Origin: Candidatus Methanofastidiosum methylothiophilum
GTDB lineage: Archaea > Methanobacteriota_B > Thermococci > Methanofastidiosales > Methanofastidiosaceae
DNA: 52,116 nucleotides
Assembly (NCBI GenBank): GCA_001587675.1
Contig: LNGD01000001.1
Coordinates: 1-52,116, forward strand
Direction of reading: 5' to 3'
Positions within the stretch are counted from its first letter, which is position 1, and each line of letters begins with the position of its first letter. The notes below the pieces were generated by a model. The model worked only from the letters and a program-made list of their open reading frames with translations, did no database searches and was not told where the DNA came from. The position numbers and the translations under genes are program-made. Shown one piece after another: positions 25,876 through 35,389 of this stretch.

Positions 25876-26546
25876 ATATAAATGTCCCCTATTTTACCAA
25901 GATAAGTTCCATCTAAAAGATAACAATCAAATTCTTTTATCTCAAATCTCCCACTTTCAAAATAAGGGCCTGGAATTTCTTCATCCTTATTGACCGGAAT
26001 ACCTTCGATAATAGGATTAAATGAGGGCAATACCACAACATTGTAAGGACTATCCGTTCTTAGAAAACACTTTAGGCGACTAATTTTACCGTTACTGTCT
26101 ATGAATTCAATAACTGGATGTACATGCCCCATTATTAAATTACTATCTTCAATTAAAATATGCCCGTGGGTCAAGATATAGTCTTCTATTTTCAGAGCCC
26201 TCACTACATTATTATTTGTTATATCTTCTATATTTCCATCATGATTTCCTTTGATTATAGTAGTTGGTATATCAAATTCTAAAAACTTTGGTATATTTAA
26301 TTTTTCAAAATAGGAAGTGAAAGGAAGATTATGTTTTATATCCCCTAAAAGGATAAGTTCTTCGACATTCTTTCTTTTAATTATTTTTTTTATATCTTCT
26401 TTAATTTTGTCTCCAATATGAGGTACTTTGATTCCTTTTTGATAATACTCGTATTCCTTTCCTAAATGAAGATCTGCAATAACTAGGTATCTTTTATCAG
26501 ACTCAATTATTATCGCTGGTTTATTGATTACTGGATACAAATCCAT
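25872..26546 (-). CDS. Calcineurin-like metallophosphoesterase (Lhr-associated MPE type)
   Basis: The DLHLG, GDIKHN, GNHD and GHVHP motif series is present. It is divergently paired with the Lhr-like helicase. Confidence 0.8.
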   Translation of the reverse strand: MDLYPVINKPAIIIESDKRYLVIADLHLGKEYEYYQKGIKVPHIGDKIKEDIKKIIKRKNVEELILLGDIKHNLPFTSYFEKLNIPKFLEFDIPTTIIKGNHDGNIEDITNNNVVRALKIEDYILTHGHILIEDSNLIMGHVHPVIEFIDSNGKISRLKCFLRTDSPYNVVVLPSFNPIIEGIPVNKDEEIPGPYFESGRFEIKEFDCYLLDGTYLGKIGDIYI

Positions 26547-26604
26547 AATTTAAAACCATTAACTATAAATTTAAATACTTTGGCTATTTTTTAATAGGGA
26601 TCCT

Positions 26605-29379
26605 ATGACATTCGATCTTCTTGGCAAAGACATCGCAAGAGTTCTAGAAGAATTTAATTTTACTACTCCTACCGATATTCAAATGAATGCTATCCCAGAA
26701 ATTCTGAAAAGAAAAAATGTTCTTCTTATGGCTCCAACTGGATCAGGTAAAACGGAAGCTGCCATACTACCTTTGCTTAAACTTGTTAAGGAAAGCAATT
26801 CCAACGGAATAAAAATTCTTTACATAGCCCCACTACGTGCTTTGAATAGGGATCTTTTACTAAGGCTTGAAAAGATTGGAGAGGCAATGGGGATTAGCAT
26901 AAAGACACGTCATGGCGACACAGTTACGAGCGAGAGAAGAAAGCAAAGTTTGAAACCACCTGATATATTAATCACTACGCCAGAAACTCTCCAGGCGCTT
27001 TTTACTGGGAAAAAGCTTAGAGAGCATCTAAAATCTATCATTGCCGTCGTAGTAGATGAGATTCATGAAATTGCCGAAGATAAAAGAGGCGTACAGTTAA
27101 GTCTTGCTTTAGAAAGACTCGAAAGATTAAAAAATGGCAGAATACAGAGAATAGGATTATCAGCGACTGTAGGTTCCAAAGAAGAAGTTTCAAAATTCTT
27201 AGTTGGTGTTGGAAGAGATGTCCAAATAATAGAATCTAAAACAAAAAAAGAATTTAGCATTGAAGTAGAAACTCCGCAGATTATAGAAGAGGACATAATG
27301 ACGGCAGAAAATCTAAAAATTTCTCCATATGTAGCCTCATCAATTCGAAGAATTAAAAATTTAATTGATGCTCACAACAGCATTCTTTTATTTGTAAATA
27401 CAAGACATATGGCAGAAACTTTGTCTTCAAGATTTAATCTAATGGGGATGAATTTTATAGATGTTCATCATTCGTCTCTCTCTAAAGAAACTAGAATAGA
27501 CGTCGAAACAAGATTTAAGAAAGGAGATATTAAAGGGATTGTTTGCACTTCAAGCATGGAGCTAGGTATTGATGTTGGAGCAGTTGATCTTGTTATACAG
27601 TATGGTAGCCCAAGACAAGTTTCTAAGTTATTGCAAAGGGTAGGCAGAGCCGGACATAAAACTTACTTAGTATCTAAGGGTATAATCCTTACCAGTGAGG
27701 AGGAGATTTGTGAATCAGCCATTATTGCAAATAGTGCTTTAAACTATCAAATTGAAAGGTCAGAAATACCAGAAAAGTCTCTTGATGTTTTAGCCCACCA
27801 AATAATTGGTCTATCTATGGAATCAAACGAAGTTTCTATAGAAGAGGCTTACGTTCTTTTTAAGAAATCCTATCCCTATCGAAATATGACCATTGATGAA
27901 TTTTGGAAGGTATTGTCCTTTTTAGAAAGTATAAAACTCATCTGGATAAACAATCAAACAACGTATAAAAGATCAAAACAGGGTATGTTTTATTATTTTG
28001 AAAACTTATCAATGATCCCAGAAACTAAACAGTATAGGGTTGTTGAAGTTGGAACAGGTACGTCACTTGGTGTTCTTGATGAAAACTTTATTGTTTCTAA
28101 CATTGAAATTGGTGGAAATTTTATAGTTCGAGGGAGAACCTGGAAAGTCTTAAACATTGGGGAAGAAAAGATTGAAGTAACTGAAACTCGATCAGTAGGT
28201 TCAATTCCATCATGGGAAGGAGAACTTATACCTGTCCCTTTATTTATTTCTCGAGAGGTCAATGAAATTTTTTATAATAATTCAAAAATCAATGAATTGC
28301 CTTTGAACTTAGAAACTAAAGAAACTTTGAAAGAATTGATTTCTGAACAATCAAATTATTTTTCCTATTCAAGGGACTCACTAATAATTGAAGATTTAGG
28401 TGAATTTGTCATACTACATGTTTTTAATGGGTCAAAAGCAAACGACACTTTAGGTCGAGTCATAACTTCTCTTTTAGCGCAGAGATTTGGTGAATCTATA
28501 GGTATGAGGACTGACCCATACCATATTATGATTAAATTTCCCCCTGGGATAAAAGATGGAGGATCTGTAGTTAAGAATACCATTCTTGAATTAAATGAAG
28601 ACCACGTCATTCCAATTCTTGACATTATCCTAAAAAACACACCCTTATTTGAATGGAAAATGATTCAGATAGCAAAAAGATTTGGAGTTGTAAAAGCGAA
28701 TTCGGATAAATATTTGATGAAAAACATACTTAAGCTCTATAAGAATACGCCACTATACGAGGAAACTATAAATGAACTTTATCATGACAAATTAGAAATT
28801 GAACCAGTCAAGGAATTCATCAGAGAAATAAAAAATGGTAATTTAAAAACTATTATTTGCAAAAACGATGAACCTTCAACCTTCACCCGATACCTTCTGG
28901 AAGGCTCTTCATTCGAGTTGTTATATCCTAAAAGACCAGATAAAGAAATCATCAAATTCCTTAAAAAAAGGATTATGGAAAAAAGGATTACAATTGGATG
29001 TCTTCATTGCCGTGAGTGGAAAACAACTCTTTCTGTGAACAGTTACGAGGATATTCCAAAATGCCCTCTTTGTGGAGCAAGATATCTAGGCATTTTAAGA
29101 AGAAGAAACGACCTCGAGCTAGTTAAGAAAGGTACAAAAGGAAATATAGATGAAGAAGATAAAAAGACTCTAAAAGAGATCAAAGATTCAGGAGATTTGA
29201 TTCTCTCTTATGGTAAAAAAGCAATAATAGTATTGGCCGGAATTGGTATAGGGCCTAGAACAGCCAAAAGAATACTTGTCAGAGATAGAAAGAATGAAGA
29301 GGACTTATTCAAAGACATTCTAGACGCCGAAAGGGTATATGCAAGGACCAAGATGTTCTGGCAATCAAACAAACAATAA
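26605..29379 (+). CDS. lhr: Lhr-like large DExH-box helicase (archaeal Lhr2 type)
   Basis: Motif I is APTGSGKTEAA, motif II is VVDEIHE, followed by SAT, with QRVGRAGH in motif VI. There is a long DEAD-associated C-terminal region ending in the zinc ribbon CLHC...CPLCG. Confidence 0.9.
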   Translation: MTFDLLGKDIARVLEEFNFTTPTDIQMNAIPEILKRKNVLLMAPTGSGKTEAAILPLLKLVKESNSNGIKILYIAPLRALNRDLLLRLEKIGEAMGISIKTRHGDTVTSERRKQSLKPPDILITTPETLQALFTGKKLREHLKSIIAVVVDEIHEIAEDKRGVQLSLALERLERLKNGRIQRIGLSATVGSKEEVSKFLVGVGRDVQIIESKTKKEFSIEVETPQIIEEDIMTAENLKISPYVASSIRRIKNLIDAHNSILLFVNTRHMAETLSSRFNLMGMNFIDVHHSSLSKETRIDVETRFKKGDIKGIVCTSSMELGIDVGAVDLVIQYGSPRQVSKLLQRVGRAGHKTYLVSKGIILTSEEEICESAIIANSALNYQIERSEIPEKSLDVLAHQIIGLSMESNEVSIEEAYVLFKKSYPYRNMTIDEFWKVLSFLESIKLIWINNQTTYKRSKQGMFYYFENLSMIPETKQYRVVEVGTGTSLGVLDENFIVSNIEIGGNFIVRGRTWKVLNIGEEKIEVTETRSVGSIPSWEGELIPVPLFISREVNEIFYNNSKINELPLNLETKETLKELISEQSNYFSYSRDSLIIEDLGEFVILHVFNGSKANDTLGRVITSLLAQRFGESIGMRTDPYHIMIKFPPGIKDGGSVVKNTILELNEDHVIPILDIILKNTPLFEWKMIQIAKRFGVVKANSDKYLMKNILKLYKNTPLYEETINELYHDKLEIEPVKEFIREIKNGNLKTIICKNDEPSTFTRYLLEGSSFELLYPKRPDKEIIKFLKKRIMEKRITIGCLHCREWKTTLSVNSYEDIPKCPLCGARYLGILRRRNDLELVKKGTKGNIDEEDKKTLKEIKDSGDLILSYGKKAIIVLAGIGIGPRTAKRILVRDRKNEEDLFKDILDAERVYARTKMFWQSNKQ

Positions 29380-31305
29380 GCTCATTAAATCTTCAAGGGC
29401 TTTGTTTGTTGTAGAGCCGTCTTTTCCACCAACTATCAGAACACTATTTCCATAAAATACATTCTGTATATACTCCCACTGGCCAAAGGATCTGGACCAT
29501 GATACTTTTGAAATCTCTAGATCTAAAAGTTCTTTTATGATTAAATTATTGTTCTCATTTCCTATAAGTATGAGATTCTTTTTTACTCTATCTTCGCCAG
29601 TTAATTCTGTATCTCTTTTTATTATACTAGTTGGTTCAATCTTGATAGTTGCGTCAAAGTATAAATATAATTTTGATTTTTTCTGGCTAACTTCAAGTTC
29701 TACTCCATCATCATCTTTTTGCTTGAAATTAGAATCAAGAATGTCAATTTTGAAGTAATTCTTTGGACCATAGACTACTTGGGGATCACAGCATGTGAGA
29801 TCAATTTTATCGCATAAAGAAACATCTATTGTATCATAATTACACAATTTAAATCTTCTATGAGAGGCATTTATGTCTAAAAAATCATCGCATGTTCCAT
29901 ATTTTCCATCTTTACCTGGATTTATGTATACGGGGGATATGAAAGGAAATTTTATTGATGCATTGCATTCCTCGCCTGGGGTTTCATAAACAGGTATTTG
30001 TGACTCAAAGCCAGAAACATTGCCATTAAGGTCTATATCTACTCCTAGTGCAATCATATCCTGCCAAAGGTTAGATATTGAAAGATTATAATCATTTGGG
30101 TAGGTAACAAAGGGCATACAACAAGAAGTTTCTTCAATAGCCCCGTAGTCTTTTAGAGAATAAACATCAAACTCTGCCAACAAACTCTTATCTGCACCTT
30201 CAAAGACTTTTATCCCATCTATGTAGAATACAGGTATGGCCCAGATAGTTTCTTCAATGCCATCGATTACCCTTGTTCCTCTCTGAAATATAAAGAAAGG
30301 ATCGTTTTCGTATTGTCTTGTTGGAACAGTTGTAAAAGCGCCGTATCCTCCGTTTGGGTCACAAAGAGGAACGCAACTGCAGCATCTAGAACTATTTGCA
30401 TCCATGACCATCAAAAAGTCACTACTTTTTCCAGTGAAATCTGAAACCCTTAGATAGACTTTATACTCTCCAGAGAAGTTACCCCCACTTTTAACTTTGT
30501 ATTTGTCTTCTTTTGATGTTTCTTCAGTAGTTGGGCTATGAATGTCTAGCAGTGTAACAGTGTACCATCCAAATACTTTACTATCCCCAACTTTAAATAT
30601 CGTTTCAGGATAATAGATTGGAATTCCATAAACGAAATATCCTATGTTATGGTCAGTTGTTTTATACTTACCATTGTAGATTATTGGGTACTCCTTTTCA
30701 AAGAGTCTTATCTTGTATGAGTTGTATGGTATATCATATAATGGTCCCCCACATCCAGCATATACTTTCCTTTTGAAAGGTGTATGAATATAAGTAACCC
30801 TGTAGATTATATCAGAGTGATTAAAATCAACACAATAATCATCTGGCACTTCAATATCAGAAAGCTTTAGAATTATTTCTTCGTGAGTTTCATTATAATC
30901 AAAGACTTTGTCACCGTCACCGTAAGGATACAAAAATGAGGGGTATTTATAACCATCATCCCACCACAATGATTTTAGTCCTTCAGCAACTTTTACCGAA
31001 TTAACTGATGTATTTGCTGGATCTATTCTAATAATATTACTTGCGTTCAAATTTTTCAATGACACTTTGTACTCTTCATAAATTGTGTTTTCTATTCTCT
31101 CAGTATGCCTATTTGCAATAAGAAAAGCGAGTTTCGAAGCTGAGATAATATCTGAAGAAGTCGCAGTTTCACCCACTACTATCAATGACTTAACAGAATC
31201 TCCATCAAAAAAGAAATCGTCTCCTGGAACAGAAGAAGTACTTATATTAAATGGGAAAAATATAGAAAATACAATAATAAATAATAATATAAGTCCTCTT
31301 CTCAT
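29365..31305 (-). CDS. S-layer-family protein (Methanococcales/Thermococcales S_layer_N + S_layer_C type), cysteine-rich paralog
   Basis: Signal peptide. The N-terminal LIVVGETATSSDIISASKLAFLIAN and the C-terminal NLILIGNENNNLIIKELLD ... VLIVGGKDGSTTNKALEDLM mirror the conserved termini of M. jannaschii-type S-layer proteins. It contains 14 Cys. GGTGGA-TGT-ATG start. Confidence 0.65.
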   Translation of the reverse strand: MRRGLILLFIIVFSIFFPFNISTSSVPGDDFFFDGDSVKSLIVVGETATSSDIISASKLAFLIANRHTERIENTIYEEYKVSLKNLNASNIIRIDPANTSVNSVKVAEGLKSLWWDDGYKYPSFLYPYGDGDKVFDYNETHEEIILKLSDIEVPDDYCVDFNHSDIIYRVTYIHTPFKRKVYAGCGGPLYDIPYNSYKIRLFEKEYPIIYNGKYKTTDHNIGYFVYGIPIYYPETIFKVGDSKVFGWYTVTLLDIHSPTTEETSKEDKYKVKSGGNFSGEYKVYLRVSDFTGKSSDFLMVMDANSSRCCSCVPLCDPNGGYGAFTTVPTRQYENDPFFIFQRGTRVIDGIEETIWAIPVFYIDGIKVFEGADKSLLAEFDVYSLKDYGAIEETSCCMPFVTYPNDYNLSISNLWQDMIALGVDIDLNGNVSGFESQIPVYETPGEECNASIKFPFISPVYINPGKDGKYGTCDDFLDINASHRRFKLCNYDTIDVSLCDKIDLTCCDPQVVYGPKNYFKIDILDSNFKQKDDDGVELEVSQKKSKLYLYFDATIKIEPTSIIKRDTELTGEDRVKKNLILIGNENNNLIIKELLDLEISKVSWSRSFGQWEYIQNVFYGNSVLIVGGKDGSTTNKALEDLMSLLFV

Positions 31306-31326
31306 ACATCCACCGATATCGATTGA

Positions 31327-32883
31327 TTATTTTTTCTTTATATAAGTGTTGTATACGTAGTATCCCCCAACGAGCAATATTACAATTAAACCGATAATTA
31401 CTCCAAGTCTTAAATTATTTATTGACTTTTGGACTGGAACATCTATGTTTTTTTCAAAGAGGTATACATTTAAATCTTGTTTTTCCTTGTTTCCAACTGC
31501 CCTAATTCTGAGATTTAATTGATAAGTTTTGTCTTCGGCATCCGATTTGATATCGGTATTTAATATTACTTCAGCTTTTTGTCCGGGTTCTAAAACTCCA
31601 ATATAATCATTTTTTGAAGTGAAATCAAAAGGCTGCTCCGATCTTTCAATCGCTTCAACAATTATTGATTCTGCTTTGTCCTCTCCTTTGTTTTCTATTG
31701 TTAAATATATCTTTGCATTTCCTCCAGCTCTAGGTGTTTCAGGGACTAGATGATACTCAGTAATCTCCAATTCAGGCTTCCCTTTGATATCTATGTTTAA
31801 TTCGAACTCTTCCTTAAGCAGATTATTTGATGAGTCTCTGTATTCAACTACCATGGGCACTTTGTAGTTCATTTTTTTTGCATTCTTGTTAACATTAATA
31901 AGAAATTCTGCTTCCTTGCTTTGACCTGCTGAAAGTGTACCAATATTATATGAACTCTCATATGATCTAGACAATGAAAATGGCTCTTCCACGTTTAGAG
32001 AAGCTTTAACGTACTTTGCACTCTCTGTTCCTTGATTTGCTAAATTAACTTTTAATTTAACATTCTCATTTCCTGGCCTTATATTATCTGGTAGTGATGA
32101 GAAATTAATTACCATTATTTCTGATCGTCCAGCTACATGAAGCCCAAATTGGATTGTATAAGGTCTAGGGTAAGGTGTTGTTCCGTCATAGAAGTATAAT
32201 ACAAGCGTCATAGGATAGTTACCTGAGGTTATTTTTTCATTTGCCCTTAATTTAAATGACAGAATTTTTTCTTCATTAGCTTCAATATTTCCTATATATA
32301 CTGAATCAGAGGTATTTTCAGGTATAAATGGAATTAATCCCATAGTCGAAGTCATCTGGGAGGAAACTGACGTAGCCTGAGATCCAGTAGGAATTGCTCC
32401 AACGGGAGGAACTGTAAGTGAAGCTTTCACAGTATATGCCCTCATTGATCCTTCATTAGACAAAAGAATTTCAAGATCGAAAGCCTCGCCTGGCTCAACA
32501 TTCAAGGGATTAGTTTTTATTTCTTTAATTACAAACTCATACTGGCTTCTGCCAACTTTGTAACCAACAGGCCCTTTAATTATTACATTAACCCCCACTT
32601 TTGAAACATCAATTAGGTTAATCGTAATATCGTCTACTTTCAATGAATCTCCTTCAGAAATATAAACACCCAATGGCCCAATTGGGGCGGTTCCGTCTAG
32701 CACCATAAACGATGCAATTGTATCCTTGTAGTCAGTAAGCGCCACTGCATAAGGTCCAACAAAAATAAATTCATTATCGTAAAGATTTCCTGAATATATC
32801 ACCGTATCCGTGCTTCCATATGCAAATGGCATAACAACGCTCAAAACAAAAATTCCTATTAAAAATATACTAATTTTCTTCAT
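31327..32883 (-). CDS. COG1361-type surface protein with tandem CARDB-like domains and C-terminal TM anchor
   Basis: Signal peptide and repeated modules (NPLNVEPGEAFDLEILLSNEGSMRAYTVKASL; DNIRPGNENVKLKVNLANQGTESAKYVKASL; ETPRAGGNAKIYLTIENKGEDKAESIIV). C-terminal TM plus KKK. GGAGGAT SD. Confidence 0.6.
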   Translation of the reverse strand: MKKISIFLIGIFVLSVVMPFAYGSTDTVIYSGNLYDNEFIFVGPYAVALTDYKDTIASFMVLDGTAPIGPLGVYISEGDSLKVDDITINLIDVSKVGVNVIIKGPVGYKVGRSQYEFVIKEIKTNPLNVEPGEAFDLEILLSNEGSMRAYTVKASLTVPPVGAIPTGSQATSVSSQMTSTMGLIPFIPENTSDSVYIGNIEANEEKILSFKLRANEKITSGNYPMTLVLYFYDGTTPYPRPYTIQFGLHVAGRSEIMVINFSSLPDNIRPGNENVKLKVNLANQGTESAKYVKASLNVEEPFSLSRSYESSYNIGTLSAGQSKEAEFLINVNKNAKKMNYKVPMVVEYRDSSNNLLKEEFELNIDIKGKPELEITEYHLVPETPRAGGNAKIYLTIENKGEDKAESIIVEAIERSEQPFDFTSKNDYIGVLEPGQKAEVILNTDIKSDAEDKTYQLNLRIRAVGNKEKQDLNVYLFEKNIDVPVQKSINNLRLGVIIGLIVILLVGGYYVYNTYIKKK

Positions 32884-33949
32884 TATAATCCTCCATTTTT
32901 TTCTTAATTAGATTTTTTGTATCTTGAAATACTTTTTCTTGAATAACTAAAAATGATGGGAGGAATATTAATGTTACTCCCATGCAACTAAATACGCCAA
33001 TGAAAAGCATTTTTCCCATAGTATCTAACATAGATAGCGAGCCTGCCAACATAGCAATAAATCCAAATCCTGCTACAATAGATGAAACTACTATTGGTTC
33101 AATAACACCTTCTAAAGTTCTAACAATTTTTTCTACAATAATTGGGGATCTTTCCATATTGAACCTATTTATAGTTTGGATTGCAAAATCAATCCCTATC
33201 CCTGCCATCATTGAGACTACTCCAACTAGCTCAGAACTTAATGAAATACCGATAAATCCAGAGATACCCATCATCCATACTATACCTACCCCAACACATA
33301 TCAGTGGGATTATACCATATCTTATCGATCTAAATGTTAGGATAACACATAACAAGACCCCAATCATCCCAAAAGTAGAGATTTTTGACATTTCTGGCAA
33401 AATAATATCTGTTAATTCTTTGCCCATAGCTATATTCCCCCCGGGCTGAACTGTCAATATTGTTCTTGACATTGTCTCCTTAACATCGTCATAGACTACC
33501 AAGGGGTCTACCCCCTTCATAACATTTAGACGGATTAACATATATCCTAAGCTATCTGAAATTTCTAATTTATTCATTAGCTGTTCTTTTGGCAGATATA
33601 TTTCATCTAATTCAAGATTAAATGATGAGCTTTCTATACCATAAATGCTTTTAAGTTCTTGATTTAGGAGATAAGCTTCCTTTAGAACATCAGGGGAAAA
33701 TACATTATCAGAATTTATAACTATAATAATTGAGTTATATCTTTCAAACTTATCTTCCATTTTCATAAATACTTTAATTTCTTCAATAGTTTTAGGTAAC
33801 TGATCTGAATCTTCTTCTTGTTTAACTTCTATTAGAGACATTCCTATTCCTAGTATTATTGTGATTATTATTGAAACAACTAAAAGTCTCTTAGGATGTT
33901 TACCATGTGCCTCTGCAAATTTTTTGATTACTTTGTCTATATTTCTCAA
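32870..33949 (-). CDS. MMPL/RND-superfamily exporter, half-size protein (second half)
   Basis: One N-terminal TM segment, a soluble loop, then a 5-TM bundle with FRSIRYGIIPLICVGVGIVWMMG...GIGIDFAIQTINRF. TTG start 1 nt after the preceding stop, with a GGAGTGGT SD-like element. Confidence 0.75.
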   Translation of the reverse strand: MRNIDKVIKKFAEAHGKHPKRLLVVSIIITIILGIGMSLIEVKQEEDSDQLPKTIEEIKVFMKMEDKFERYNSIIIVINSDNVFSPDVLKEAYLLNQELKSIYGIESSSFNLELDEIYLPKEQLMNKLEISDSLGYMLIRLNVMKGVDPLVVYDDVKETMSRTILTVQPGGNIAMGKELTDIILPEMSKISTFGMIGVLLCVILTFRSIRYGIIPLICVGVGIVWMMGISGFIGISLSSELVGVVSMMAGIGIDFAIQTINRFNMERSPIIVEKIVRTLEGVIEPIVVSSIVAGFGFIAMLAGSLSMLDTMGKMLFIGVFSCMGVTLIFLPSFLVIQEKVFQDTKNLIKKKMEDYNEEN

Positions 33950-33950
33950 A

Positions 33951-35033
33951 TTACCACTCCCTCAGAGCCATTATTGAAGGTAAAAAGACCAGTGCCCCGA
34001 TCAAACAAGTTACTATCCCTAACGATAAAGCTGTTCCAAGATGTACCATCATTGGCATTGATGAAAGAGCTAAGGCCAAAAATCCAGCAATTGTAGTTGA
34101 GCTAGAGCCTATCGTTCCCACACCGACACCTGCAACCATAGCTACAATTCTTTCTTCATTTGTTTTTCCTTTTTTTGCTTCTTCGTTATATCGGGCCATC
34201 ATGAATATTCCATATTCAGCACCCAATCCGATAACTATAGCACCAACACTAGCAGTAACAAGACTAATTGGTATCCCAACATATGATAAAATTCCGGCAG
34301 TCCAAAAGACCCCACATAATAAAGGAATGATTACAAAAAATGATTTCCATCTTAGTATAAGAGTTAATAAAATGAAAACTATTATTGCAGATATGGCCAT
34401 AGTCTTTAACGAATCTTCTCTTAGTACTCTAATAATTGTTTTATTCAAAACAGGAGAGCCTGTAATGGTGTAATTTAATCCATAAAGCTGCGTTTTTTCA
34501 GTTTCTTCTTCAACTATATCAATTGCAGCTTGTATCTCTTCTTCCCCTCTTACTCCGCTCATTCTTATTATAACAAGAGCGGAGGTGTAGTCTTTTGATA
34601 TAAGACCTGGCATAGTTTTTGCAACTTCTCTCAATGTGGCCTCATCTGAAGGTATACTCTTGAAAATAGAATAATAAATACTGCCTGGGCCAACTACATC
34701 TAGAATTTCTGGTCTGGCTTTTAATCTCTTTTCAAGTTCGTATATGCTGTCTAAACTTTGTTTATTCCGAATATCCTTTACAATATCTAAATCAGTTTCC
34801 AATAATATTATTATTCCCTCTTCCTGACCAAATTCACTATCTATTAAATTTTGTGTCTTTACTACATCAAAGTTTTGAGGAAGTTCTTTCATAAAGTTGG
34901 ATTCAAATCGTAGATTTAATGCCCCAAAAGATAAAAATAATGTTAGAAGTAACATTAATGTAACTATAATTTTACTATACCTATATTCAAAAAGTGCAAG
35001 TTTTCCGAATAATGTATCTCTGAGTTCTATCAT
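33951..35033 (-). CDS. MMPL/RND-superfamily exporter, half-size protein (first half)
   Basis: Same architecture as its partner: LRWKSFFVIIPLLCGVFWTAGILSYVG...GLGAEYGIFMMARYNEE. GAGGTGGA SD, and the ATG overlaps the padR stop (ATGA). Confidence 0.75.
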   Translation of the reverse strand: MIELRDTLFGKLALFEYRYSKIIVTLMLLLTLFLSFGALNLRFESNFMKELPQNFDVVKTQNLIDSEFGQEEGIIILLETDLDIVKDIRNKQSLDSIYELEKRLKARPEILDVVGPGSIYYSIFKSIPSDEATLREVAKTMPGLISKDYTSALVIIRMSGVRGEEEIQAAIDIVEEETEKTQLYGLNYTITGSPVLNKTIIRVLREDSLKTMAISAIIVFILLTLILRWKSFFVIIPLLCGVFWTAGILSYVGIPISLVTASVGAIVIGLGAEYGIFMMARYNEEAKKGKTNEERIVAMVAGVGVGTIGSSSTTIAGFLALALSSMPMMVHLGTALSLGIVTCLIGALVFLPSIMALREW

Positions 35034-35377
35034 TGTTCCACCTCAAAGACTTCCTTTAGAAAATCTTCATAATAAAGTAAATCTCTTTTTAGATAATTCA
35101 TTTTTTCTTTAAGCTTTACCATTCCTTTCGGTGTGATTTTATAATATTTCTTCCCTCGGGTTCCCTTATTCGTTTCCTCAATTAGGCCTTCTGTGGCCAT
35201 GAACAATATTTTTGGATAGATCAGTGCAGGAGAAAGTTTCCAGTTACCACTAGATCTCCTCTCTATCTCTTTTATTATATCATAGCCACAAAGTTCCTTT
35301 TTGCTGAATAACCAAAGGCCAAAAGTATCAAATATATGGAAGTAATGAATACTGTTATGAATTTGTTTAAACGTCAT
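35030..35377 (-). CDS. padR: PadR-family transcriptional regulator
   Basis: CGYDIIKEIERRSSGNWKLSPALIYPKILFMATEGLIEE...KKYYKITPKG is the PadR winged-helix pattern. It is the first gene of the exporter/surface operon. Confidence 0.7.
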   Translation of the reverse strand: MTFKQIHNSIHYFHIFDTFGLWLFSKKELCGYDIIKEIERRSSGNWKLSPALIYPKILFMATEGLIEETNKGTRGKKYYKITPKGMVKLKEKMNYLKRDLLYYEDFLKEVFEVEQ

Positions 35378-35389
35378 AATTGCACCGAC

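Noticed and set aside
33940-33960. Reading the two MMPL halves as a frameshifted pseudogene of one full-length exporter.
   Set aside because: This cannot be excluded. However, each half is a complete 1+5-TM repeat, the second has its own SD-like element and a TTG start 1 nt after the stop, and half-size MMPL proteins are known. I kept it as a finding rather than a pseudogene call.
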